Sequence record: AP019525.1
Source: Tenacibaculum phage PTm5
DNA length: 24,000 bases
Direction: 5' to 3' (one strand)
The stretch's first letter is position 1. Each line of letters begins with the position of its first letter. The notes under the pieces were generated by a model. It was not told the origin of the DNA, did not search any database, and was given only the letters and a program-made list of their open reading frames with translations. Of the stretch, positions 1 through 8,183 are shown one piece after another. The translations under genes were made by a program, and so were the position numbers.

Positions 1-69
1 ACACTAATAAATCCAAAGACAGCCAAACTAATTAAGATTGAAGAAATCTACACAAAGGACACCAAATAA
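1..69 (+). CDS. C-terminal fragment of a hypothetical protein (...TLINPKTAKLIKIEEIYTKDTK*)
   Basis: Open from the window edge in frame 1, stop TAA at 67-69, followed immediately by a terminator hairpin. Confidence 0.55.
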   Translation, partial: TLINPKTAKLIKIEEIYTKDTK

Positions 70-84
70 GGTGTCCTTTTTATT
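55..84 (+). terminator. Intrinsic terminator AAGGACACC-aaataa-GGTGTCCTTTTT
   Basis: 9-bp perfect stem (55-63/70-78), 6-nt loop, T-rich tail. Confidence 0.85.
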
Positions 85-159
85 TTTATAAATATTTACT
101 TTATTAAAAAATATTAATGATTTTTTATAAAAGTATTAGGATAAGTAAATAACGTTTCG

Positions 160-167
160 TATATTTG
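160..167 (+). promoter_or_regulatory. Bacteroidota-type -7 box TATATTTG
   Basis: Matches TAnnTTTG upstream of the CDS at 204. Confidence 0.65.
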
Positions 168-203
168 AATAGTAAAACAGAAAAACTACAAAAATTATTA
201 ATT

Positions 204-467
204 ATGCTGTGTAATAAAAAATCTTTTGATACCGCAGATTCTGCGAATAACAGAGCCAACGAAATAAACAATAGTAATAAACACACAACAAACAAAAAAC
301 TAAGACCATATAAATGTGATATTTGTTCAAAATACCATTTAACGAGTATGAATAAATATTCATATAAGTACAAAAAAGATAAAAAATACAGAAACCAAGT
401 TAGAGAAAATAACTTCATTCGTAGGGAAACTGAATATTGGAATAAAAAATTTGGGATAATTGAATAA
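204..467 (+). CDS. Hypothetical protein with short Cys/His motif (PYKCDICSKYHLTS)
   Basis: ATG at 204 is in frame inside the ORF listed at 165; the upstream part of that ORF overlaps the promoter/leader. CxxC-x3-H resembles a small zinc-ribbon knuckle. Confidence 0.6.
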   Translation: MLCNKKSFDTADSANNRANEINNSNKHTTNKKLRPYKCDICSKYHLTSMNKYSYKYKKDKKYRNQVRENNFIRRETEYWNKKFGIIE

Positions 468-494
468 TTTATTTGTTGGTTAAAATAATTTTCG

Positions 495-502
495 TATATT
501 TG
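495..502 (+). promoter_or_regulatory. -7 box TATATTTG
   Basis: Matches TAnnTTTG, 30 nt upstream of the ATG at 532; overlaps palindrome TTGACTAGTCAA. Confidence 0.65.
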
Positions 503-531
503 ACTAGTCAAAGAGAAAAAACGTCAACAAG

Positions 532-951
532 ATGAAAAAAGTAAACAATTTCGAGTCATTAAATTTAAAAGAAAAGTGGTGTTTAAAACACATTTTAAAG
601 AATGGTGCATTTAATTCATTAGTTCGTATGGACTACAACTTGATGACAAGTTGGAATAATATTTTCAAACAAAATGACTTGAAAGGTTCAGAAACTTGGC
701 ATAGAATCCAAAAGGTTTTAAACAAGATGGTTGATAATGGTATCTTAGTTAGTGAGAAACATTATTTAAGAGCCGAAGTATCACCAACACAGACAAACAT
801 TTATGTTAAGACTTATCAAATTAAACCGTACTGGCAAACAAAGAATAGAGTTGAGTTGAATGAGTTCCACGCAACATTCGCTAGTAAATCAACAAGAGCT
901 GAACAAAAATACAACGCAAAGAAACCATTATTAGAAAAAACATTAAAATAA
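532..951 (+). CDS. Hypothetical protein, 139 aa
   Basis: Long ORF downstream of a promoter-like box. Confidence 0.75.
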   Translation: MKKVNNFESLNLKEKWCLKHILKNGAFNSLVRMDYNLMTSWNNIFKQNDLKGSETWHRIQKVLNKMVDNGILVSEKHYLRAEVSPTQTNIYVKTYQIKPYWQTKNRVELNEFHATFASKSTRAEQKYNAKKPLLEKTLK

Positions 952-952
952 C

Positions 953-1021
953 ATGGCAAACGAAATAGTACATATCAACAAAAAAGAGAATACTAACGCA
1001 TTTATATACATTTCAAGATAA
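953..1021 (+). CDS. Very small ORF (MANEIVHINKKENTNAFIYISR)
   Basis: Fills the gap between neighbours; stop overlaps the next start (TAATG). Confidence 0.35.
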   Translation: MANEIVHINKKENTNAFIYISR

Positions 1022-1335
1022 TGAAAATAACATTCGAAGAATTATTAGCAGAAAAAGACTTTTTACACACAGAGTTGTTACAAAGTTTACCACCAAAGGT
1101 AGTTGAAGATGCTGTAGAAAAAAGAGAATATGATATTAAATTGGTTGTTAATGGTGTTGATGTTGACCCAAAGTTATTAAATATAATTTTCGAAAAAACT
1201 GAAATTTTTGTTAACGAACGTTCCAAGGAAATAGTTAAAAATAAACTTGAAGAGTCTGAACAAGAAGCTGAAAAATTACTTGACCTAGTTCGAGAAGCAA
1301 AAGAATCAATTATTGATAAGTATAACTTAGATTAA
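1021..1335 (+). CDS. Hypothetical acidic protein, 104 aa
   Basis: ORF in a tight operon-like array. Confidence 0.7.
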   Translation: MKITFEELLAEKDFLHTELLQSLPPKVVEDAVEKREYDIKLVVNGVDVDPKLLNIIFEKTEIFVNERSKEIVKNKLEESEQEAEKLLDLVREAKESIIDKYNLD

Positions 1336-1578
1336 TGAATCATATCAATATGGTATTGAAGATAAATATTATCATCCAAAATTAATTGTTCATTATGTTC
1401 CAAAAGGTAAACGAAAGAAAGTTGGTTATAAATTAGAAAAGCCTGTTATTGTTGATGGTTGGCAAGAAATTGATGTTGCGATAAACAATAATGTAGCTGT
1501 GAGTGGTTGTCTTTTGATTATGAAAAATTCAATGAGATTGCAAGTAAGTTAAATAATGTTATAATTAAAAACTTTTAA
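1335..1578 (+). CDS. Hypothetical protein interrupted by apparent 1-nt deletions (ESYQYGIEDKYYHPKLIVHYVPKGKRKKVGYKLEK... SFDYEKFNEIASKLNNVIIKNF*)
   Basis: The two frames join near 1517; the start joins near 1338. 244 nt + 2 = 82 codons. Confidence 0.5.
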
Positions 1579-1603
1579 ATGGTATTAGTTAAAATATTAT
1601 TCG

Positions 1604-1611
1604 TATATTTG
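1604..1611 (+). promoter_or_regulatory. -7 box TATATTTG
   Basis: Matches TAnnTTTG upstream of the CDS at 1673. Confidence 0.6.
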
Positions 1612-1672
1612 AAACATAAAACAAAGAGATTATACACAACAAAGAAATTTTAAACGCATTAGCAGAGTAATT

Positions 1673-1966
1673 ATGTCAAAAATTAAAACAATTTATATTA
1701 GCAAATATCTAAGTACACAAAATAATTTAATTACAGTAGATACTGTAGTTTGTATTAATGGTTCGGTTACTGTTGATGATAGAAAAGAAATTTTCCGTAA
1801 ATTTAATGAAAATGAAGTTGATGGTATTTCGGTGACAGTACCATTCATTAAAGTTGGTGGGTTTAGAATTATTGAAAATGGTAGACCTATTAACATTGTA
1901 TTTACTGATGATGTTCCTGAACAAACAAGACAAAAATTATTAACTAAAATAAATATCAAAAATTAA
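1673..1966 (+). CDS. Hypothetical protein, 97 aa
   Basis: ORF with promoter-like box upstream. Confidence 0.7.
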   Translation: MSKIKTIYISKYLSTQNNLITVDTVVCINGSVTVDDRKEIFRKFNENEVDGISVTVPFIKVGGFRIIENGRPINIVFTDDVPEQTRQKLLTKINIKN

Positions 1967-1972
1967 AAAGAT

Positions 1973-2353
1973 ATGACAAAACAGACACGAGCCGATAGAA
2001 TATTTATTGTAAATAAAATTATAGAAGAGATTTCAAATCGAGGTCGAAAGTTCTTTAGAGATAATACCGATATTGCATTCATATTTTATTATAATGGTCG
2101 ATTGTATATGCAATGTGAATATATGAAACAACATATATACCTACACACAAAATATGGATACCTACCAAAGAATTTTGCCCATGGTGGTACGTTGTGGGGA
2201 TTAGTAAAGGATTTTAAGGAATATATAATGACAGGTGAACAATGTAATGGTAAACATGGTTATGGTGGTTTATATTGTACACATTGGGGTTATCCTGAAT
2301 CGGATATGAAAGAAATACAACGAGTTGCAAAAGAATTAGGATATTTAATGTAA
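1973..2353 (+). CDS. Hypothetical protein, 126 aa
   Basis: ORF closely following the previous gene. Confidence 0.75.
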   Translation: MTKQTRADRIFIVNKIIEEISNRGRKFFRDNTDIAFIFYYNGRLYMQCEYMKQHIYLHTKYGYLPKNFAHGGTLWGLVKDFKEYIMTGEQCNGKHGYGGLYCTHWGYPESDMKEIQRVAKELGYLM

Positions 2354-2357
2354 TTTT

Positions 2358-2591
2358 ATGAAGAAGTTTCCAAAATTTAGATTATATTTGTACAACGGTC
2401 ATGCGAACTTAGTTAAATCAAATCTCAGAAAATCAAAATTTGAATTTGATACTTTAGATTCAGCTACATTGGAAGCGGTTGCTAACGCAACCGCAAAGAA
2501 CAAACAAGTGGTAATCATTAAAGTACTATCAACAACAAAAGATGAGATCGTAGATTTTATTAACCCAAGTACAACAATTAAACGATTATGA
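2358..2591 (+). CDS. Hypothetical protein, 77 aa
   Basis: ORF, 4-nt gap from the previous gene. Confidence 0.65.
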   Translation: MKKFPKFRLYLYNGHANLVKSNLRKSKFEFDTLDSATLEAVANATAKNKQVVIIKVLSTTKDEIVDFINPSTTIKRL

Positions 2592-2955
2592 ATAAATTAA
2601 AAGCTATTAAAATGGACTTTTTAAAAAACAGTTAGATGTTTTTTTAAAAACAAATGATTCTGATTTAAAAATTGGAGCGGAAGTATATAATAATTCATAT
2701 TTTATTTTTGAACAACTTTACCCTAGCATTCTTGAACATCTTTCCATTGAAGATGTTTATACTTCTAGCTATGGAACTTTAATTGTTGACTGGGAAAAAG
2801 AAAATAATGATATTTTTTCATTAGAAATAGGTTCAAAACATTTAGGATATTTTATTGATGTTAATGGTAATTATCAAAAGCAGGTTGATAAAATAGAAAT
2901 AGAAGAATCCGTGAGCCATATACTAAAAGATTTATCAAATTTTTTAGTTGCTTAA
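2588..2955 (+). CDS. Hypothetical acidic protein of about 122 aa, interrupted by a 1-nt homopolymer deletion
   Basis: ATG at 2588 overlaps the previous stop (ATGA). Frame breaks at the A6 run 2623-2628; adding one A gives MNKLKAIKMDFLKKQLDVFLKTNDSDLKIGAEVYNNSYFIFEQLYPSILEHLSIEDVYTSSYGTLIVDWEKENNDIFSLEIGSKHLGYFIDVNGNYQKQVDKIEIEESVSHILKDLSNFLVA*. Absent from the ORF track. Confidence 0.7.
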
Positions 2956-2958
2956 ACT

Positions 2959-3206
2959 GTGGAAAAATTACCGAAGTTGATTTCATATATCACATATGAT
3001 GAACACTTGGTTTCGTTAAACAACATGGTAATAACGATATGAGTAGTATTGTATATCCACCACATGAATTTGATGACTTAGTTCCAAGTAAACTACTAAC
3101 AAACCACGAAGAACTAATTGTAGTGAGTACAATTCAATGGTTAGGTTCACCAGTTGGTAAGAACTTTTTAAGAGAATGTGGATTTATTGAACAAAGTGAG
3201 GATTAA
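2959..3206 (+). CDS. Hypothetical protein, frameshifted near 3007 (...ISYITYDEH / GFVKQHGNNDMSSIVYPPHEFDDLVPSKLLTNHEELIVVSTIQWLGSPVGKNFLRECGFIEQSED*)
   Basis: Two abutting open frames; 248 nt + 1 is divisible by 3. The start (GTG 2959) is uncertain. Confidence 0.45.
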
Positions 3207-3252
3207 CAATCACTTTGTTTTATACTAGAAATATTATAAAACGTTATACTTT

Positions 3253-6200
3253 ATGAAGATAAAAATTGTACATGGTGCTGACATCCAAATACAAATAACC
3301 AACCATGGTGCTGGTAGGGATAGGCATGATGAATATAAGCTTGGAATTGAAAGGTTTGTAACGGAATTAGCCAAAATTAGACCACACATCCTAGTACTAC
3401 CTGGCGACATGTTCGAGGAATGGAATGCTAATGGTGATGAGACTAAAATGTTTGCTAATATGCTACATTCGTGTTTACCACATTGTGATAGAATAGTTGT
3501 AATAGATGGTAACCATGACCTTAAACAACGTAATTCATTGGTTGTTGAGCGTTCTGAAAAGCGTATGCAAACATCAGCAATTGAATCACAAGTAGTAGCC
3601 ATAAACAATCATAAGATTTCGTATTATTGTGATACAGGTTTTCATCAAGACCAAAAGTTTCCAATTACGTGGGCAGTATGGTCACATAAATGGAAGTTTA
3701 GTTCAACAGTAGAAAATCCGTTACCATATTCACCATATGAGAATGGTAATAAACCACCACAAAACGGTAATGCGGTTATTGAATTATTCCATGACCCTAT
3801 TAGAAGTTGTAAAGGTTTTGATGGAAAGGCTAATCCAGTATTTGATGATTATAAAATATCATTGGAGAACTTTGGGTCAAATATTATTATTGCTGGTGAT
3901 ATTCACTCACCTGATATTATTTGGTTTGGTTCTAATAAGGAAAAGTTATTTACATATAGTTCATCATTAGTTCAGCGTAATTATGGTGAGGGAGATGTTT
4001 ATTATGGTGAGAAAATATCTATTAAAGGTAATGACCAACATGGATTCAATATTATTGAAGTAGATACGAAATTAAATAGAGCAACTTCATGTACGTTCGT
4101 TAAGTTACCTAATCCAGTATCAAGACACACTATTCATTTAGGTAAAGACTTCAATTATGATAAGATTGAATTATTATCAATTAGAGCAACTGCATTCAAT
4201 AGAATTAAATTAGTTGTTGATGGTAATGTTCAACAATATATAGCAAATGAAGAGGCTATTATAACCCACCTAAAAAAGAATTACGAATGTTTAGTTGAGG
4301 TTTCATATGAGTCTAGTGCATTTGATATAGATGTTGACGAATCGTTAATAGAATCTGTTGAAAGTATTGCAGATACCGATACCATATTAAAAATTGCTGA
4401 TACTTATATTGAAGAAACTGTAAATAAATCTAAAAGCATCTTACCTGAACAAAAGAATGATGCTATACAGTATATCAAAAATTCTTTACGTTCTGAGTTA
4501 TCTAAGGTTGAAACATCATTGGTAAAAAATGAAATTAAGTTGGTTAAAGCTAAGATTTCAAACTTTATGTCATTCTCTACAAATGTTGAAATAAATTTTG
4601 GTGATATTTCCATAAATAAGATAAGTGGTACAAATGGTGTTGGTAAAACAACTATATTTAGTTTCATTCTTTGGATGATTACAGATTTAATTTCCGAGTT
4701 CCAATCAGCACGTAATAAGAATTATAATTACTCATTATACTTCAATGATAGTTCTGAATTAGATACTGTAGGTGATGAATTACAATTCTTAAAGAATGGT
4801 CAATTACATATATTAAAGAAGAAATTAACACGCACACGTAAAAAGAATGGTAGTGTAAATGGTTATGAGGTTTCATTATCTTTAGAATCACCAAATATTA
4901 CATCATCAGACCGTGAAGAGATTATGACTTATTTAATGGAAGAGGTTGCAACATTTGAGGAACTTAACCGTTCTATGTTCATTAACCAAACAACGTTAAC
5001 AAAGTTGATAAAAACATCAACAGCAGACTTAAATAAGCGTATACTTAAAAACATTGGTGTTGATTTCTTTGAGGGTATGTTGAGTACTTATGATGAGTTA
5101 CGTTCTAATGCAATGGAAGAGGTTGAAAAGCCACTAAAAACTATCGAAGAGTTAATCGAAGATAAAAATATGCGTGGTGAAGAGGTTAAAACTATTGGTG
5201 ATAAAATATCAACATTAAAATCACAAGTATTACCTATAGAAACCGTAATTACTGAATATGATTCTGAGATTGAAAAAGACCTAGAATTATTACATAATGT
5301 TCCTGAGGTATCTGTTGTAGAAGATAATATAACAAGAACTGAAAAGTTAATTACAGAAAAAGAAACGGAATTAACAAACAAATCAGATGAAATAAAGCAA
5401 ACAGAAGAATTAATAACTAAAACAGATGTAACATCTATTAATAATAGATTAAATGCACAACAAATAGTTATTAATGGTGTAGCTAATGATATTAAACTTA
5501 AAGAAAGTTCAATAAACACATACAAGGATAGGGTAATAAGTCTTAAAAAAGATGCACAACAAACTGCAACAATTGTTAAGAATGAATTATCGGTAATTGT
5601 AACCAACATAGAAAAGGAAATTTCTGAACTAGATTTAAAGAAGTCTTCTAGTGAGTCTAAAAAACAAACAGCACTTAACAATTATCAATCATTATTAAAT
5701 GGTAAGATATCAGAAAGGCAACAAACGTTAAATACACTTAATAAGAATAAGAGTGATATTGAATTATTGCTATCTAATAACGAAAATAAGCGAACTTCTA
5801 TTAAAAATGGTGTTACAGTACTAGAGACTGAAATAAAAGGCTTAAAACGTGAATTAGAGTTGAAGAATGGTGAGGATAATTTCAAGTGTCCTACATGTTC
5901 ACAACCATTACCTGAGGATAAACAAAAAGAAATTCAAAAAGGTGTTGAGTATTTAAATAAACAAATAGTTGATAAATCAAATTTAGTAAAAGACGAACAA
6001 ACCAAAGTTGTTGACCTACAAAAAGAATATGATACTATAAAAGATGAACAATTAACACCTGTTATTGATTCTATAGATAAGTGTTCTAAAATAATTGAAA
6101 AGTTAGGTGAACTGAAACTAGAACACATAAACGAAAAGGTAGATAAAGCCTCATTCGATATGTACATGGAATCGGTTAATGAACTAAAGGATATTTCGAC

Positions 6201-7209
6201 AAAAGCAACTGAATTAAATACTAAATTAGAAGAGGCTAAGAAAACTGTTATTGATGGTGTTAAGTCTAGTGAAAAGGTTAAGACTGCTGTTAATGCATTT
6301 AAAACCGAGCAGGAAAAGATACCAACATTAGAAAGTGAATTATCTGAGTTAAATACAAAGTTAACAACAGAGAATAGTGTACTAACTGGTATTCGTAATG
6401 AGTTAAGTGTTGCATCTGATATTGAGGATAAATTAACCAAACAGAAAGAAGACCTACAAGAAATTAAAGATGGTATTCAGAAACTAGAAAATACTTTGGA
6501 AAATCACAAAGGCGATTTAAAGAAGTCTAGATTTAATGTTGAACATAGAAAAGAAATTGATGATAAGCGTGAGTTAAGGAGGATTCAGAAAGAAGATTTA
6601 GATAAACTTAATAACCAAATTGAAGCTAGTGGTAGAGAGTTATTATTGGTTGAAAATAGTATTCAGAATACGGATAAGGCAATCAATTCCGCAAGAAATT
6701 ATAAGTTGGTTGATGGTTCGTTGAAGCTATATAAGAGGATGCTTGGTACAAATGGATTACCACAGTACATTTTCGCACACATAATTCCTATATTTAACAA
6801 GAACCTAAATGAATTATTAGAGGATGTTGATTTTAGATTAGAATTTAATGTGGATGATTTAGTATTATATTTCCATGACCTAAAGAAAAAGAGTGTACGT
6901 CCTGTAATGTTTATTAGTGGTATGGAATCATCCTTTGCAGGTCTTGCATTAATTGATGTGATGAGGCGATTAAATAACGCTAAAACAACAAAGGAAATAT
7001 TCATTGATGAGATTAGTGGACAGATTAATAGCGGTAAGGATGTTACATATGAAGCCAAGAACTACCAACAACTATTAATAAAGTTCTTGAATAAGATTTC
7101 TAGACACTCGAATGTTTATATCATTGACCATGTATTAACATTTCCTAATGCTAGAATATTAGAAGTTCAACCAACATCAAAAGGTTCGGTAGTAAAAATC
7201 TTAGATTAG
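3253..7209 (+). CDS. Fused Mre11/SbcD-like nuclease and Rad50/SbcC-like SMC ATPase, 1318 aa
   Basis: N-terminal metallophosphoesterase motifs (HGADIQ, LPGDMFE, DGNHD, AGDIHS); Walker A GTNGVGKTT (4627-4653); long charged coiled coil; zinc hook CPTC (5887-5898); signature-like FISGMESSFAGLALI; Walker B KEIFIDEISGQ; C-terminal YIIDHV. Confidence 0.92.
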   Translation: MKIKIVHGADIQIQITNHGAGRDRHDEYKLGIERFVTELAKIRPHILVLPGDMFEEWNANGDETKMFANMLHSCLPHCDRIVVIDGNHDLKQRNSLVVERSEKRMQTSAIESQVVAINNHKISYYCDTGFHQDQKFPITWAVWSHKWKFSSTVENPLPYSPYENGNKPPQNGNAVIELFHDPIRSCKGFDGKANPVFDDYKISLENFGSNIIIAGDIHSPDIIWFGSNKEKLFTYSSSLVQRNYGEGDVYYGEKISIKGNDQHGFNIIEVDTKLNRATSCTFVKLPNPVSRHTIHLGKDFNYDKIELLSIRATAFNRIKLVVDGNVQQYIANEEAIITHLKKNYECLVEVSYESSAFDIDVDESLIESVESIADTDTILKIADTYIEETVNKSKSILPEQKNDAIQYIKNSLRSELSKVETSLVKNEIKLVKAKISNFMSFSTNVEINFGDISINKISGTNGVGKTTIFSFILWMITDLISEFQSARNKNYNYSLYFNDSSELDTVGDELQFLKNGQLHILKKKLTRTRKKNGSVNGYEVSLSLESPNITSSDREEIMTYLMEEVATFEELNRSMFINQTTLTKLIKTSTADLNKRILKNIGVDFFEGMLSTYDELRSNAMEEVEKPLKTIEELIEDKNMRGEEVKTIGDKISTLKSQVLPIETVITEYDSEIEKDLELLHNVPEVSVVEDNITRTEKLITEKETELTNKSDEIKQTEELITKTDVTSINNRLNAQQIVINGVANDIKLKESSINTYKDRVISLKKDAQQTATIVKNELSVIVTNIEKEISELDLKKSSSESKKQTALNNYQSLLNGKISERQQTLNTLNKNKSDIELLLSNNENKRTSIKNGVTVLETEIKGLKRELELKNGEDNFKCPTCSQPLPEDKQKEIQKGVEYLNKQIVDKSNLVKDEQTKVVDLQKEYDTIKDEQLTPVIDSIDKCSKIIEKLGELKLEHINEKVDKASFDMYMESVNELKDISTKATELNTKLEEAKKTVIDGVKSSEKVKTAVNAFKTEQEKIPTLESELSELNTKLTTENSVLTGIRNELSVASDIEDKLTKQKEDLQEIKDGIQKLENTLENHKGDLKKSRFNVEHRKEIDDKRELRRIQKEDLDKLNNQIEASGRELLLVENSIQNTDKAINSARNYKLVDGSLKLYKRMLGTNGLPQYIFAHIIPIFNKNLNELLEDVDFRLEFNVDDLVLYFHDLKKKSVRPVMFISGMESSFAGLALIDVMRRLNNAKTTKEIFIDEISGQINSGKDVTYEAKNYQQLLIKFLNKISRHSNVYIIDHVLTFPNARILEVQPTSKGSVVKILD

Positions 7210-7219
7210 TTTTGTATAA

Positions 7220-7246
7220 GTGCGCAAGGTTTTATATCTTGCGCAC
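7220..7246 (+). promoter_or_regulatory. Strong hairpin GTGCGCAAG-gttttatat-CTTGCGCAC after the Mre11-Rad50-like gene
   Basis: Perfect 9-bp inverted repeat, no T-tract. Confidence 0.6.
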
Positions 7247-7262
7247 ATTAAACAGCATTAAT

Positions 7263-7445
7263 ATGAAATTAAGTTATATAATAAATCTAGGTCGATACGA
7301 AAATAAAGAAACTGGTAAGGCTTATAACATCAAAAAAGGTAAGAATAAGTTACGTGGTACTGACCACATTTTCTATTTATATAGAGGTTCTAGGATTTTT
7401 ATTAATGATTCCGATTTTTATACAAACTATAAAAAGTTAAATTAA
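7263..7445 (+). CDS. Hypothetical protein, 60 aa (MKLSYIINLGRYENKETG...)
   Basis: Internal ATG after the hairpin; the upstream extension of the track ORF reads through the hairpin. Confidence 0.6.
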   Translation: MKLSYIINLGRYENKETGKAYNIKKGKNKLRGTDHIFYLYRGSRIFINDSDFYTNYKKLN

Positions 7446-7446
7446 T

Positions 7447-7704
7447 ATGGCACGTAGAAAGTGGATAGGAACAATAACAAGGGATTTAAGGTCTGCTGGT
7501 AATGCAATTAGTGACTTACCACCTGAATTTATTAAAGGACAAACAGTAACTGTTTGGAAGAAACGAAGATATGAAACTGACATACATGATAAATTATCAT
7601 GGACAGGTGGGTATGAATATCATTACTCGGATGAGAATGGTAAGGGTCTTGTGAGAACACGAGATTTTCTATTAGAAGAATTTGATGAACCTAATTTAAG
7701 ATAA
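7447..7704 (+). CDS. Hypothetical protein, 85 aa
   Basis: ORF with TAATATG junction. Confidence 0.7.
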   Translation: MARRKWIGTITRDLRSAGNAISDLPPEFIKGQTVTVWKKRRYETDIHDKLSWTGGYEYHYSDENGKGLVRTRDFLLEEFDEPNLR

Positions 7705-7705
7705 T

Positions 7706-8182
7706 ATGGGATGTCACATATGGTTTAGTACACCGTTGGATAAACAACCAACATACGAAGAAGCAAAGGAGTTTGTTATTGGTGAATATGCTACATTGAT
7801 AGATTATACTAAGAACGAAATTGAACTATTTGGTGAAGATTTTAAACCTTATGGTATGCCTAATAGTGATGCAAAGTTTTTATTAAAATTATTCGAACGC
7901 CAATTAAGAATGATAGAGGCTGGATACTGTAAAGAAGCTGTACTAAATAAATTTGCTGAATTTTCAGATGGTGTTTATAAGATAGAAAATATATTATACA
8001 AAACATTAGATGGTATTCACGATGTATTTAGAGTTGGTGGATACCCATCAGATATTCTAAGAGATTATGAGCAAGTATTAACCTTTTGTAAAGGTCGTTC
8101 GGTTGACCTAACAGCAGAACAAAGAGAAACTTTAAAACAATTTTACAAAGATTACCCAAGTGGTATAATAACATTTGAATAA
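7706..8182 (+). CDS. Hypothetical protein, 158 aa (MGCHIWFSTPLDKQPTYEEAKEF...)
   Basis: ORF with TAATATG junction. Confidence 0.8.
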   Translation: MGCHIWFSTPLDKQPTYEEAKEFVIGEYATLIDYTKNEIELFGEDFKPYGMPNSDAKFLLKLFERQLRMIEAGYCKEAVLNKFAEFSDGVYKIENILYKTLDGIHDVFRVGGYPSDILRDYEQVLTFCKGRSVDLTAEQRETLKQFYKDYPSGIITFE

Positions 8183-8183
8183 T

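Noticed and set aside
125-511. Minus-strand hydrophobic 128-aa ORF
   Set aside because: Antisense to a plausible plus-strand Cys/His-motif gene and covering the plus-strand promoter-like boxes; the Leu/Phe/Tyr-rich composition is typical of antisense reading of A-rich coding sequence.
3737-3970. Plus-strand 77-aa ORF
   Set aside because: Nested out of frame within the Mre11-like domain.
3234-7058. Multiple minus-strand ORFs under the large Mre11-Rad50-like gene
   Set aside because: All lie antisense to one well-supported coding sequence; Ser/Leu/Phe-rich and without recognisable motifs.
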